From assembly GCA_000635495.1 (NCBI GenBank), contig JFLW01000089.1, forward strand, positions 75,614-139,613: a DNA stretch of 64,000 nucleotides, given 5' to 3'. Position 1 is the first letter of the stretch. Every line of letters begins with the position of its first letter. Origin of the DNA: Prochlorococcus sp. scB243_495K23 (GTDB taxonomy: Bacteria > Cyanobacteriota > Cyanobacteriia > PCC-6307 > Cyanobiaceae). Shown piece after piece: positions 31,398 to 41,418 of this stretch. The position numbers and the translations under genes were made by a program. The notes below the pieces were generated by a model, which was not told the DNA's origin, made no database searches, and saw only the letters and a list, made by a program, of their open reading frames with translations.

Positions 31398-32072
31398 ATG
31401 ACTCTTAAAAATAAATCGATAGTAGTTTTATTATCTGGAGGTTTAGATTCTTCTACAGTTACTGGTATCGCCAAAAAATCCGAAGCTAAAATTTTCGGCC
31501 TTTCATTTGACTACGGTCAACGTCATAAAAAAGAATTAAATTCTGCATCAATAATTGCAAAACACTTTGATATCGACGAATTTAAAATCATTAAGCTTGA
31601 CTTATCTTTATGGGGAGGCTCGTCATTAACTGATACTCAAAAAAATATTCCAATAGAAGGAGTACAAACTAATAAAATTCCTAATACTTATGTTCCTGGG
31701 AGAAATACTATATTTATCTCCGTTGCACTAAGTTATGCCGAAGCAATAAATGCTGATTTTATAGGATTAGGAGTTAATGCACTAGATTATTCTGGTTATC
31801 CAGATTGCAGACCTGACTACATTAAAAAATTTCAAGAGTTGGCAGATTTAGCCAATAAAAGAGGAAGAGAAAATAATCCAATAAAACTTTGGACACCACT
31901 ATTAGATTTAAATAAAGAGGAAATTATTAAATTAGCTTTTGATAATCATGTCCCTTTAGATAAAACATGGAGTTGTTATTCGGGCAATTCAAAACCATGC
32001 GGTAAGTGTGATAGCTGCAGAATTAGAAATGCTGCTTATGAAAAATGGCTTAATAACAATAATAAAAAATGA
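31398..32072 (+). CDS. queC: 7-cyano-7-deazaguanine synthase
   Basis: The PP-loop VVLLSGGLDSS and C-terminal zinc cysteines CGKCDSC are present. 224 aa. Confidence 0.9.
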   Translation: MTLKNKSIVVLLSGGLDSSTVTGIAKKSEAKIFGLSFDYGQRHKKELNSASIIAKHFDIDEFKIIKLDLSLWGGSSLTDTQKNIPIEGVQTNKIPNTYVPGRNTIFISVALSYAEAINADFIGLGVNALDYSGYPDCRPDYIKKFQELADLANKRGRENNPIKLWTPLLDLNKEEIIKLAFDNHVPLDKTWSCYSGNSKPCGKCDSCRIRNAAYEKWLNNNNKK

Positions 32073-33382
32073 AAATAAAAAAAATAGTTCTAGAAAAATG
32101 GATAGATCCAGCACTGATTTCGCATTATCTAACAAAAAAATTTGGAGATAAAGGATTAGCTTGGCTAGACAGCGATGGCACAGAAAATGGGGAATGGTCA
32201 ATAATAGGAATTAAACCTAAAAAAATAATCCAATCAAGAGATATCAATAACTTAGACAAAACTAATAATCCATTTAACAATTTAAAAAATATTGAAAAAG
32301 GATTTTGGATGGGATGGTTAAGTTATGAAGCTGGAGTTTACATAGAACCAAAAAACCCATGGAAAAAATCTAATATGGCAACTTTATGGATTGCATCATA
32401 TGATCCAATCATTAAATGTAATCTAATAAAAAAAGAAATAATTATCGAAGGCACAAACTCATCTGAACTGATGAATTATAAAAACATAATCAACAATATA
32501 AAAAATATCGAAGAAGAAAATATTATTAAAACAAAGTTGACTTTTGATTTTTCAAAAATAAATTTGGACGAAATGGCTGAAAAATTTCAGAAAAATATTT
32601 TAAAATTGAAAAAATTAATTTCCTTAGGAGATATATTTCAAGCAAACCTAACAACTAAATGCGAAGTTGAATCTTCCAAAAACTATAATCCTCTAGATAT
32701 TTATTTGAAAATAAGAAGTAAATTAAGAGCTCCCTTTGGAGGGATAATAATAAATAATAATTATAAAGAGGCTGTATTATCTACCTCACCAGAAAGATTT
32801 TTAAAAATAGATAATAAAAATTTTGTAGAATCAAGACCTATCAAAGGAACTAGATCCAGAGATAAAGATTTAAATCAAGACGCACTTAATGCTATCGATT
32901 TAATAACTAACGAGAAAGATAGAGCCGAAAATATTATGATTGTTGACCTAATAAGAAATGATTTAAGTAAAGTTTGCGAAACAGGAAGTATTATGGTGCC
33001 AGAAATATTAAAACTTGAAAGTTTCTTAAAAGTTCATCATCTAACTTCAGTAATCAGAGGCAAATTAAAAAAAGACACGGACTGGATTGATTTACTAAAA
33101 GCTTGTTGGCCTGGGGGCTCTATAACTGGAGCACCGAAATTAAGATCATGCCAGAGACTTTTTGAATTAGAAGAATGTGAACGAGGGCCATACTGTGGCT
33201 CATTTTTGAAGCTTGACTGGAATGGAGAGTTTGACAGCAATATACTCATAAGATCATTTTTAATTAAAGACAAAAAAATCAATATATATGCTGGTTGCGG
33301 AATAGTTATTGACTCAGACCCGGAGGAGGAAACTGATGAACTAAAGTGGAAACTTTTACCATTAATTGATTCACTAAAATGA
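32069..33382 (+). CDS. pabB: Aminodeoxychorismate synthase component I (chorismate-binding enzyme)
   Basis: The chorismate-utilising signature WPGGSITGAPKLRS and the motif GPYCGSF are present. A 4-nt ATGA overlap joins it to queC. The PabB call over TrpE is supported by the adjacent pabC-like gene. Confidence 0.75.
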   Translation: MKIKKIVLEKWIDPALISHYLTKKFGDKGLAWLDSDGTENGEWSIIGIKPKKIIQSRDINNLDKTNNPFNNLKNIEKGFWMGWLSYEAGVYIEPKNPWKKSNMATLWIASYDPIIKCNLIKKEIIIEGTNSSELMNYKNIINNIKNIEEENIIKTKLTFDFSKINLDEMAEKFQKNILKLKKLISLGDIFQANLTTKCEVESSKNYNPLDIYLKIRSKLRAPFGGIIINNNYKEAVLSTSPERFLKIDNKNFVESRPIKGTRSRDKDLNQDALNAIDLITNEKDRAENIMIVDLIRNDLSKVCETGSIMVPEILKLESFLKVHHLTSVIRGKLKKDTDWIDLLKACWPGGSITGAPKLRSCQRLFELEECERGPYCGSFLKLDWNGEFDSNILIRSFLIKDKKINIYAGCGIVIDSDPEEETDELKWKLLPLIDSLK

Positions 33383-34206
33383 TTGAAACATTAGGCTGGC
33401 ACAAGGATCAATGGTTGGATATTGATAGAATATTTATTGCTGCTAATAATAGAGGATTAAAATTTGCTGATGGTATATTTGAAACCATTTTGATAAAAGA
33501 AAACAAACCTATTCTTTTTGATGAACATCTGAAAAGATTAGAAAAAAGTAGCAAGATTTTAAATATTAACCTCAAAATAAATAAATTAACTTTGAGACAA
33601 CTTATTCACGATGGAATTAAAAAGTTATCGCTTAAAAATGATCAATTTGCTTCAGTAAGAATAAACTATAGTCGAGGAACTAATGAAGGTCGAACACTAA
33701 GAATTGATAGCACTTTAGAAACAAAAAATTTGGACAATTTATGGCTTGAGTTTTATAGAATCAAACCAAATTTTAATCCGATAAACGTTTGCATTAGTCA
33801 AACGGAAAAAATAAATGAATTCAGTCTTATAAGTAAATGCAAAACATTTTCATATAATCAGGCAATACAAGTTTTGACAGAAGCTAATGAAAAATCATTT
33901 GATGATGCTATCCTTTTGAATACCTCAGGTGAACTTTGTTGTGGAAGTACATTTAATCTTCTAATTAAAAGAAATAATCAATGGATAACTCCTAGAAAAG
34001 AGAGCGGCTGTTTAGAGGGGATTATGGTTTCTCAAGCTTTAAAATTGAAAATTGTAAAAGAAGAATTAATTCCTCCAGAATTTCAAAATGATGACATAAT
34101 AGTTGCAATTAATAGCTTATCTTGCAGACAAATTTATCAAGTTGATGATTTAAAGCTTAAACCTAAATTCGATCCAATTTACTTTTGGGATTTATTATAT
34201 AGTTGA
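33379..34206 (+). CDS. pabC: Aminodeoxychorismate lyase-like class IV aminotransferase-fold protein
   Basis: The size (275 aa), the GIFETI-type N-terminal motif (ADGIFETILIK) and the 4-nt overlap with pabB support the call. The motif evidence is weaker than for its neighbours. Confidence 0.6.
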   Translation: MIETLGWHKDQWLDIDRIFIAANNRGLKFADGIFETILIKENKPILFDEHLKRLEKSSKILNINLKINKLTLRQLIHDGIKKLSLKNDQFASVRINYSRGTNEGRTLRIDSTLETKNLDNLWLEFYRIKPNFNPINVCISQTEKINEFSLISKCKTFSYNQAIQVLTEANEKSFDDAILLNTSGELCCGSTFNLLIKRNNQWITPRKESGCLEGIMVSQALKLKIVKEELIPPEFQNDDIIVAINSLSCRQIYQVDDLKLKPKFDPIYFWDLLYS

Positions 34207-34994
34207 ACTTTATTAATATCTGGTAAATAGACATCAGATACTTTAGTTATATTGTTATTAACCTTAAATTCAACAATTTTTCCGATAATGATAATTGATG
34301 GAGCTAAAAATTCTTTATCTTTGATTTTATCTGGAAGATTTTCTAATTTCTCTATCAAACATTTTTGATTTTTTAAAGTAGCTTCTTGAATAACAGCGCA
34401 TTTAGTACTCTTATCTAAACCACCTAGAATTAATTCTTCCACAATAAATTCAATATTTTTTATACCCATAAAAATTACTAAGCTATCCGATGATTTAGCT
34501 AAATCTCTCCAATTCACTGTCTTTTTTTCCTTATCTACACGCTCATGTCCAGTGACAAAAGTTACTGAACTCGCAGCATCTCTATGGGTTAGTGGAATAC
34601 CAAAATATGTAGGGGCAGCTATCCCAGAAGTAATACCAGGAACGATTTCAACTGAAATTCCATTTTTTTCTAAAATAGATACCTCTTCACCACCTCTAGA
34701 AAAAACGAATGGATCTCCCCCTTTAAGCCTCACAACATTTTTGCCTTCTTTTGCTAATTTCAAAATAAGATCATTAGTTTCAACCTGAGGTACAGAACAC
34801 TTCCCAGCTTTTTTGCCTACATGGAAAATTTCTGTATTTAGTCCTGCCTCTTTTGTTATTTCCTCCGGAATTAAAGCATCATGAACTAATGCATCACAAT
34901 TTTTTATTAGGCGTAAAGCTTTAAGAGTCAAAAGCTCAGGGTCACCAGGTCCTGCTCCAACTAAATAAACAATGCCGGGCACAATAATCTCCAT
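34179..34994 (-). CDS. cobA: Uroporphyrinogen-III C-methyltransferase
   Basis: The VYLVGAGPGDPELLTLKA SAM-methyltransferase signature and the motif RLKGGDPFVF are present. I chose the ATG at 34994 over the TTG at 35000. Confidence 0.88.
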   Translation of the reverse strand: MEIIVPGIVYLVGAGPGDPELLTLKALRLIKNCDALVHDALIPEEITKEAGLNTEIFHVGKKAGKCSVPQVETNDLILKLAKEGKNVVRLKGGDPFVFSRGGEEVSILEKNGISVEIVPGITSGIAAPTYFGIPLTHRDAASSVTFVTGHERVDKEKKTVNWRDLAKSSDSLVIFMGIKNIEFIVEELILGGLDKSTKCAVIQEATLKNQKCLIEKLENLPDKIKDKEFLAPSIIIIGKIVEFKVNNNITKVSDVYLPDINKVQLYNKSQK

Positions 34995-35024
34995 TAACAA
35001 GTATGGTAGTAAAAGTTAATCGCA

Positions 35025-36308
35025 ATGAAGGTAAATATTGTGAAAGAAAGTTTATTAAAACCAAATAAGAAATTTACTCTCCTTAGTGCTTTTGTCACTC
35101 TTCTAAATGATCGTTTAAGTGAAAGTATACTTTTACCCATATTACCCTCTTTTGTTTTACTTTTTGACTCTAAAGCAAGTACATATGGTTTATTATCATG
35201 CACTTACCAATTAGCTCAATTTACAGCTTCTCCTTTTATAGGACTTATGAGTGATAGATATGGAAGAAGACCTGTCACTCTTTTTTGTATTACTGGTTCA
35301 GTAATAGGAATATCAATATTATCTTTTACAGTTCTTTTTAATTGGTCAAATTCAATAGCCACTATCCCGTTATTTTTATTATTTTTAGCGAGACTTATTG
35401 ACGGTTTGAGTGGGGGGACTGCAGCTACTGCAACAACAATTCTTGCAGATATTTCAAGCCCTGAAAAAAGAGCAAAAACATTTGGTCTTATTGGTGTAGC
35501 TTTTGGTTTAAGTTTTTTCTTAGGTAATATTTTTGTTGTAATTTTTGCAAGAAATACAAATAACAATTTTATTATTCCAGTTTTGATAGCCTCAATCATT
35601 CCAATAATAAATTTTATCCTTGTATTTTTTTACTTACCAGAAACCAAGCCTAATAGTGAAAAAAATATATCAAAAACTGTTTTAAAAAACCCTTTAAAAG
35701 CTCTATTTACAGTTTTCAAAGAAGAAAAGATTAAAAAATTATCATTAGCTTTCTTTATTTACTTTATTGCTTTTACTGGATTGACTAATATCCTTATATT
35801 TTTCCTCCAAGAATCTTTAAACTGGACGACCAAAGCATCAAGCGGAACTCTTGTTGTAGTAGGAATTATTGCGATTATCGTTCAGGGAGGATTAATTGGG
35901 CCTCTGGTAAAGCAATTTGGCGAAATGCGATTAACACTTATCGGATCAGGCTTTATTCTTGTTGCGTGTGCTCTTTTAATAACTTCTCCAAAAGAAAATG
36001 CGACAATTAATATTTATTCAGCTGTTTCATTTTTAGCCGTTGGGGCAGGATTAATTACGCCCACGTTAAGAGCACTAATATCAAAGAAATTAGACGTTGA
36101 TAAACAAGGCTCAATTCTAAGTAACCTTCAGGGTCTGCAAAGTCTTGGAGGGGTTTTAGGAGTTGCAATGGCCGGAAGGGTTTATGATAGTTTTGGCCCT
36201 AAATCACCTTTTATAGCTGGTTCCATTATCTTACTTTTCATGATATACCTAATTGCAGAGGGTAAAAATAATAATTCTTTTAGCAATCAAAATTCAAAAG
36301 TATCTTAA
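35025..36308 (+). CDS. MFS transporter (drug:H+ antiporter-like)
   Basis: About 12 hydrophobic segments are present, with MFS motif A GLMSDRYGRRPV between TM2 and TM3. Confidence 0.8.
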   Translation: MKVNIVKESLLKPNKKFTLLSAFVTLLNDRLSESILLPILPSFVLLFDSKASTYGLLSCTYQLAQFTASPFIGLMSDRYGRRPVTLFCITGSVIGISILSFTVLFNWSNSIATIPLFLLFLARLIDGLSGGTAATATTILADISSPEKRAKTFGLIGVAFGLSFFLGNIFVVIFARNTNNNFIIPVLIASIIPIINFILVFFYLPETKPNSEKNISKTVLKNPLKALFTVFKEEKIKKLSLAFFIYFIAFTGLTNILIFFLQESLNWTTKASSGTLVVVGIIAIIVQGGLIGPLVKQFGEMRLTLIGSGFILVACALLITSPKENATINIYSAVSFLAVGAGLITPTLRALISKKLDVDKQGSILSNLQGLQSLGGVLGVAMAGRVYDSFGPKSPFIAGSIILLFMIYLIAEGKNNNSFSNQNSKVS

Positions 36309-38386
36309 TGAAAAACCAGGCTGATGTTTTTATTAATAGAGAATTAAGTTGGATTGAATTCAATAAAAGAGTACTCCTAACTGGTATGGAAAAGGAGTAC
36401 AAAATCCTAGATAAAGTGAAATTTTGTTCAATTTTTAGTAATAATCTAGATGAATTTTTTATGGTAAGGGTAGCTTCCTTAAAAGCTCAAGTTGAAGCAG
36501 GAATTACTAAAAAAAGTATTGATGGACTTACCCCTAAAGAGCAATTAACCAAAATAAATAAAGAAGTAAAGAGTTTAACTAACCTACAAGAAAACTATAT
36601 AAATAATGAATTAAATAATGAACTAAAAGAAAAAGGTGTAATTTTAAAAAAATATAATGACCTAAGTGAAAATCAAAGAAATTGGTGCAATAACTACTTT
36701 ACTTCATCTATTTTCCCTTTATTAACTCCATTAGTTGTTGATCCAGCACATCCATTTCCTTTTATAAGTAATTTAAGTCTAAATTTAGCAGCTCTAATAA
36801 GGGATGGGGAAGATTCCAAAACTCAGTTTGTAAGAGTAAAAATTCCAACAAAAAATATAAATAGATTTATACAAATTCCTAATGAAATTATTCAATATGG
36901 TGATGAAAGTACTTATTTTTTCATAAGTGTTGAAGATTTAATTGGGAATAATATAAATACTTTATTTAGCGGAATGGAATGTATAAATTACTCTTTTTTT
37001 AGAGTGACAAGGGATGCAGATTTAGAATTAAAAGAACTTGAAGCTGATGATCTTCTTTTAGCAGTTGAACAAAGTTTGCAAAAGAGAAGATTAGGTGGAG
37101 ACGTAGTTAGATTAGAAGTTGAATCTGACATGCCAGAAAATATTCTGAAATTACTCATTGAAAGTATCTCAATACAAAAAGAGTATATTTACTTTTGCAA
37201 AAGTTTTTTAGGCCTTGACGATTTAAATCAGCTTACGAAAATTAATAGAGATGATTTAAGAGAAAATCTGCTAATTGGGAAAACTCACCCAAAATTAAAA
37301 AATTTAGACTTATCTTCAAACAAAAACCTCAATTCTATTTTTCATATACTTAGAAAAAAAAATATTCTGCTTCATCATCCTTACGACTTATTTAGAACTT
37401 CAGTTGAAGAATTTATAAACAAGGCAGCTGATGATCCACTTGTAATGGCTATAAAAATTACTTTATATCGAGTTTCAAAGGATTCCCCTATCATTGCAGC
37501 TTTAATGAGAGCTGCAGAGAATGGGAAAGAAGTTATGACGCTTGTTGAGCTAAAAGCAAGATTTGATGAAGACAATAATATTCAATGGGCAAAACAACTT
37601 GAGCAAGCTGGAATTCATGTTGTATATGGAATCATAGGATTTAAAACACATACAAAAATAGCTTTAATAGTAAGAAAAGAAAAAGGACGATTAAGGAATT
37701 ATTTCCATATTGGAACAGGAAATTATAACTCTAATACTTCAAAGTTTTATACAGATTTAGGTTTACTTTCAACTGATCCTGATATTGCCTCAGATTTACT
37801 TGAGTTATTTAACTACTTATCAGGTTTTTCTAAACAAAAAAGTTATCAAAAGTTATTAGTTTCTCCCTCATCGATGAGGGAAAAATTTATATTTCTGATA
37901 AAGAGAGAAATTAAAAATGCAGAGGAAGGCAAAAAAGCCGAAATAATTGCAAAAATGAATTCTTTAGTAGACCCAGAAATAATTAAACTTCTTTATTTAG
38001 CTTCAGACTCAGGTGTAAAAATTAGCCTTATCATAAGAGGTATTTGTTGCTTATATCCCCAAAGAAAAAATTTAAGTGAAAATATTAAAGTTATAAGCAT
38101 TATTGGCCATTTTCTTGAACACTCAAGAATTTTTTGGTTTTCTAATAACGGAGAAAATGAGGTTTTTATTGGGAGTGCAGATTGGATGAGAAGAAATCTT
38201 GATAGAAGAATAGAAGCTGTTACTCCTATAGAGGATTATGAATTGAAATCTAAAATATACTCACTTTTGCAAACCTACATCAAAGATGATTACTTTTCTT
38301 GGATAATGAAGGACGATGGTTCTTATTCGAAATATAAATTAGATTCATCAGATAATCGTTCGCAAATTGACCTCATAGAAAAATAA
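36308..38386 (+). CDS. ppk: Polyphosphate kinase 1
   Basis: 692 aa. The N-terminus FINRELSWIEFNKRVL, the autophosphorylated-His region GFKTHTKIALIVR and the C-terminal PLD-like repeats are seen. The start overlaps the MFS stop by 1 nt. Confidence 0.95.
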   Translation: MKNQADVFINRELSWIEFNKRVLLTGMEKEYKILDKVKFCSIFSNNLDEFFMVRVASLKAQVEAGITKKSIDGLTPKEQLTKINKEVKSLTNLQENYINNELNNELKEKGVILKKYNDLSENQRNWCNNYFTSSIFPLLTPLVVDPAHPFPFISNLSLNLAALIRDGEDSKTQFVRVKIPTKNINRFIQIPNEIIQYGDESTYFFISVEDLIGNNINTLFSGMECINYSFFRVTRDADLELKELEADDLLLAVEQSLQKRRLGGDVVRLEVESDMPENILKLLIESISIQKEYIYFCKSFLGLDDLNQLTKINRDDLRENLLIGKTHPKLKNLDLSSNKNLNSIFHILRKKNILLHHPYDLFRTSVEEFINKAADDPLVMAIKITLYRVSKDSPIIAALMRAAENGKEVMTLVELKARFDEDNNIQWAKQLEQAGIHVVYGIIGFKTHTKIALIVRKEKGRLRNYFHIGTGNYNSNTSKFYTDLGLLSTDPDIASDLLELFNYLSGFSKQKSYQKLLVSPSSMREKFIFLIKREIKNAEEGKKAEIIAKMNSLVDPEIIKLLYLASDSGVKISLIIRGICCLYPQRKNLSENIKVISIIGHFLEHSRIFWFSNNGENEVFIGSADWMRRNLDRRIEAVTPIEDYELKSKIYSLLQTYIKDDYFSWIMKDDGSYSKYKLDSSDNRSQIDLIEK

Positions 38387-38453
38387 AATTATTATTGATT
38401 TTTACAACATTTAAAAAATTAGTTAATATTTTAAATTTTTTTTAATTTTTATA

Positions 38454-38477
38454 AAATCCATTCATATCAATGGATTT
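38454..38477. repeat. Perfect 9-bp palindromic stem (AAATCCATT / AATGGATTT) with a 6-nt loop, between ppk and the sigma factor gene
   Basis: Read directly: aaatccatt-catatc-aatggattt. A third copy of AAAATCCATT lies at 38567-38576, next to the sigma-gene Shine-Dalgarno sequence. No T-run follows, so it is not a canonical terminator. Confidence 0.5.
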
Positions 38478-38591
38478 CAAGAAATAAGCTTTAAAAAAAA
38501 AATTTTTGTCTTTAAAATTTCAACGTAAATGTAGTTTTTATTTCAATTTCAGTGCTAGCTTTTTAAAAAATCCATTATTTAGGAGGCCAGG

Positions 38592-39614
38592 GTGATGGGG
38601 ATCCCTCTGGAATCTGGGAAAAGCTCTTCAGATAATAATTTTGATGAGCCAAGATTACCAAACACTGCGGGCAAATCTCGCAAATCAAAATCCAGTCTTA
38701 CTGCAAAACAAAGCCAAAAAAAATCTGGCAGACTCGCTTCAGATTCTATTGGCTATTACTTAAGTAGCATTGGAAGAGTACCTCTTTTGACTCCAGCAGA
38801 GGAAATAGAGTTAGCTCATCATGTTCAAAACATGAAAAAGTTGCTACAAATTCCTGAAACTGATAGATCACAACGAAATCTTTATCAAATTAAGATTGGC
38901 AAAAGATCCAGAGACAGAATGATGTCAGCTAATCTAAGGCTTGTTGTATCCGTTGCAAAAAAATACCAAAACCAAGGACTCGAATTATTAGATCTTGTCC
39001 AAGAGGGAGCTATTGGCCTTGAAAGAGCTGTAGATAAATTTGATCCTGCTATGGGATATAAATTCTCAACTTATGCTTACTGGTGGATTAGGCAAGGAAT
39101 GACAAGAGCTATTGATAACAGTGCAAGAACAATCCGTTTGCCTATTCACATAAGTGAAAAACTATCCAAAATGAGAAGAGTTTCTAGAGAATTATCACAT
39201 AAATTTGGTAGACAACCTACCAGATTGGAAATGGCAACTGAAATGGGAATTGATCAAAAAGATTTAGAAGATTTAATTTCGCAAAGTGCTCCTTGCGCTT
39301 CTCTAGATGCTCACGCAAGAGGCGAAGAAGATAGAAGTACTCTTGGTGAACTTATACCTGACCCAAACTGTGAAGAACCTATGGAGGGTATGGATAGAAC
39401 TATTCAAAAAGAGCATTTAGGAACTTGGCTTTCCCAATTAAATGAAAGAGAACAAAAAATAATGAAGCTTAGATTTGGCTTAGATGGTGAAGAACCATTA
39501 ACACTCGCAGAAATAGGCAGACAAATTAATGTTTCACGAGAAAGAGTAAGGCAGCTAGAAGCTAAAGCAATATTAAAACTTAGAGTAATGACAACTCATC
39601 AAAAAGCAGCTTAA
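38592..39614 (+). CDS. Group 2 (RpoD-like) sigma-70 factor
   Basis: Region 1.2 (IGYYLSSIGRVPLLTPAEEIELA), region 2 (RLVVSVAKKYQNQGLELLDLVQEGAIGLERAVDKFD, YAYWWIRQ) and region 4.2 (LTLAEIGRQINVSRERVRQLE) are present. An AGGAGG lies 5 nt before the GTG; an alternative ATG is at 38595. Confidence 0.9.
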   Translation: MMGIPLESGKSSSDNNFDEPRLPNTAGKSRKSKSSLTAKQSQKKSGRLASDSIGYYLSSIGRVPLLTPAEEIELAHHVQNMKKLLQIPETDRSQRNLYQIKIGKRSRDRMMSANLRLVVSVAKKYQNQGLELLDLVQEGAIGLERAVDKFDPAMGYKFSTYAYWWIRQGMTRAIDNSARTIRLPIHISEKLSKMRRVSRELSHKFGRQPTRLEMATEMGIDQKDLEDLISQSAPCASLDAHARGEEDRSTLGELIPDPNCEEPMEGMDRTIQKEHLGTWLSQLNEREQKIMKLRFGLDGEEPLTLAEIGRQINVSRERVRQLEAKAILKLRVMTTHQKAA

Positions 39615-39619
39615 CCAAA

Positions 39620-40261
39620 TTGATAAAATTTACTGTAATTTTATTATATTTATTTTCAATTTTTTTAATATCAATAGTTTTTAAAAAATTTAATAAAAAT
39701 AGCAGAGAAGTCGTCAGAAAAATTATACATATTGGAATAGGACCTTTAATACCAATTGCTCAATTTTTAAAAATTAATCAAAACTCGGCTCTAATTTTTA
39801 CAGGAATTGTATCATTAATGGTTTTCATCAATTATACGTATAAATTATTTCCAACAATTGAGGATGTTGAGAGAAAGAGTTATGGAACATTGTTTTATTG
39901 TCTAAGTTTATTTATTTTGATTTATCTTTTCTGGGATAAAGATCCATATGCATTAATTAGTGGATTTTTCATAATGACTTTTGGTGATGGATTAGCTGGG
40001 TTAATAGGAAAAAGCTTTGACTCGAAAAGTTGGATTTTTTTTAAACAAAAAAAATCTTTACTTGGTACTACGACAATGTTTTTAACAAGTTTGATAGTAG
40101 TTTGTTCAATAGGATACGCCCAACAAAATAATTTAAATTTAAATTATTTTACAGTAGCTTTTTTTGCGACTTTGCTCGAACAATTTAGTGTTTTAGGAAT
40201 AGATAATCTCATTGTTCCAATTTCTTCAGCATTATTTTTTAATTTTTTTATAACAAGCTAA
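39620..40261 (+). CDS. Phytol/dolichol kinase-like integral membrane protein (CTP-dependent kinase family)
   Basis: 213 aa and multi-pass hydrophobic, with an FGDGLAGLIGK motif as in VTE5/dolichol kinase-type proteins. The TTG start is uncertain. Confidence 0.6.
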   Translation: MIKFTVILLYLFSIFLISIVFKKFNKNSREVVRKIIHIGIGPLIPIAQFLKINQNSALIFTGIVSLMVFINYTYKLFPTIEDVERKSYGTLFYCLSLFILIYLFWDKDPYALISGFFIMTFGDGLAGLIGKSFDSKSWIFFKQKKSLLGTTTMFLTSLIVVCSIGYAQQNNLNLNYFTVAFFATLLEQFSVLGIDNLIVPISSALFFNFFITS

Positions 40262-41321
40262 TTGAATTGTATAAAATAGCGAGTAATTCTTTTGTTGTTT
40301 CTATATCTATACATGCATCTGTAATGCTTCTGCCAAACTGAAGATCTTCTTTTTTTAAAAGTTTTTGATTTCCTTCTTTCAAATGACTTTCAAGCATAAC
40401 TCCTAAAATATTTTTTTCACCATTACTAATTTGAGAAGCTACATTTTTTAGTACTTCCGACTGTTTTCTGAAGTCTTTATTCGAATTTCCATGACTACAA
40501 TCAATCATCACTTTATGGGGAAGATTACATTGCCTCAATTCAGCGGAAATTCTTTTAACATGATCACTTTCAAAATTTGGGCCTTTTGAACCGCCCCTTA
40601 AAACTATATGTCCATCTGGATTTCCTGTAGTATTAACTATAGAAGCCATTCCATTTTCATTTACACCTAAAAAATGATGGGATTTTGAAGCTGACTGCAT
40701 TGCATTAATTGCAGTAGTAAAAGAACCATCCGTTCCATTTTTAAAACCTATAGGCATTGATAATCCTGATGCCATTTCCCTATGGGTTTGACTTTCTGTA
40801 GTCCGCGCTCCTATGGCTGTCCAACTTATTAAATCGGCAATGTATTGAGGGACAATTGGATCTAGTAATTCTGTAGCAGATGGTATACCACGTGTTGCTA
40901 AATATGAAAGCAAAGTTCTTGCCCTTCTTAAACCAGTATTAATATCATAAGAATCATCTAGATGAGGATCATTTATCAATCCCTTCCAACCAATAGTTGT
41001 TCTTGGTTTTTCAAAATATACTCTCATGATTATTTCTAATTTATCTTTATAAATTTCTCGGAAATTTTGAATATATTTTGAATATTCCTTTGCCGCATCT
41101 AGATCATGAATTGAACATGGTCCCACAATGACTAAAAGTTTATGATCATTATGATGCAAAATATTTTGTATCGATCTTCTAGTTTTAGATACTGTATTAG
41201 CAGAGGCGTGATCCAAAGGTATATCATTATGTAATCTGCTTGGAGGTATTAATGGACGTGTTTCAACAACATGTAAATCTGATGTCTTTTCTAAAGCTGA
41301 ATTATTTGATGATGTCGTCAT
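40248..41321 (-). CDS. 3-deoxy-D-arabino-heptulosonate 7-phosphate synthase, class I
   Basis: The motifs VIVGPCSIHD, EKPRTTIGWKGLINDPHLD and MIDCSHGNS are present. 357 aa. The isozyme type cannot be assigned. Confidence 0.9.
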   Translation of the reverse strand: MTTSSNNSALEKTSDLHVVETRPLIPPSRLHNDIPLDHASANTVSKTRRSIQNILHHNDHKLLVIVGPCSIHDLDAAKEYSKYIQNFREIYKDKLEIIMRVYFEKPRTTIGWKGLINDPHLDDSYDINTGLRRARTLLSYLATRGIPSATELLDPIVPQYIADLISWTAIGARTTESQTHREMASGLSMPIGFKNGTDGSFTTAINAMQSASKSHHFLGVNENGMASIVNTTGNPDGHIVLRGGSKGPNFESDHVKRISAELRQCNLPHKVMIDCSHGNSNKDFRKQSEVLKNVASQISNGEKNILGVMLESHLKEGNQKLLKKEDLQFGRSITDACIDIETTKELLAILYNSISLL

Positions 41322-41418
41322 TGATTAATTAAGAAGTTTGAATATTTAAAAAAGCATTTATGAATACTCTCCTTTTCAATATTAAAAATAACAATAGATT
41401 AGGCATTAAACCTTACTA

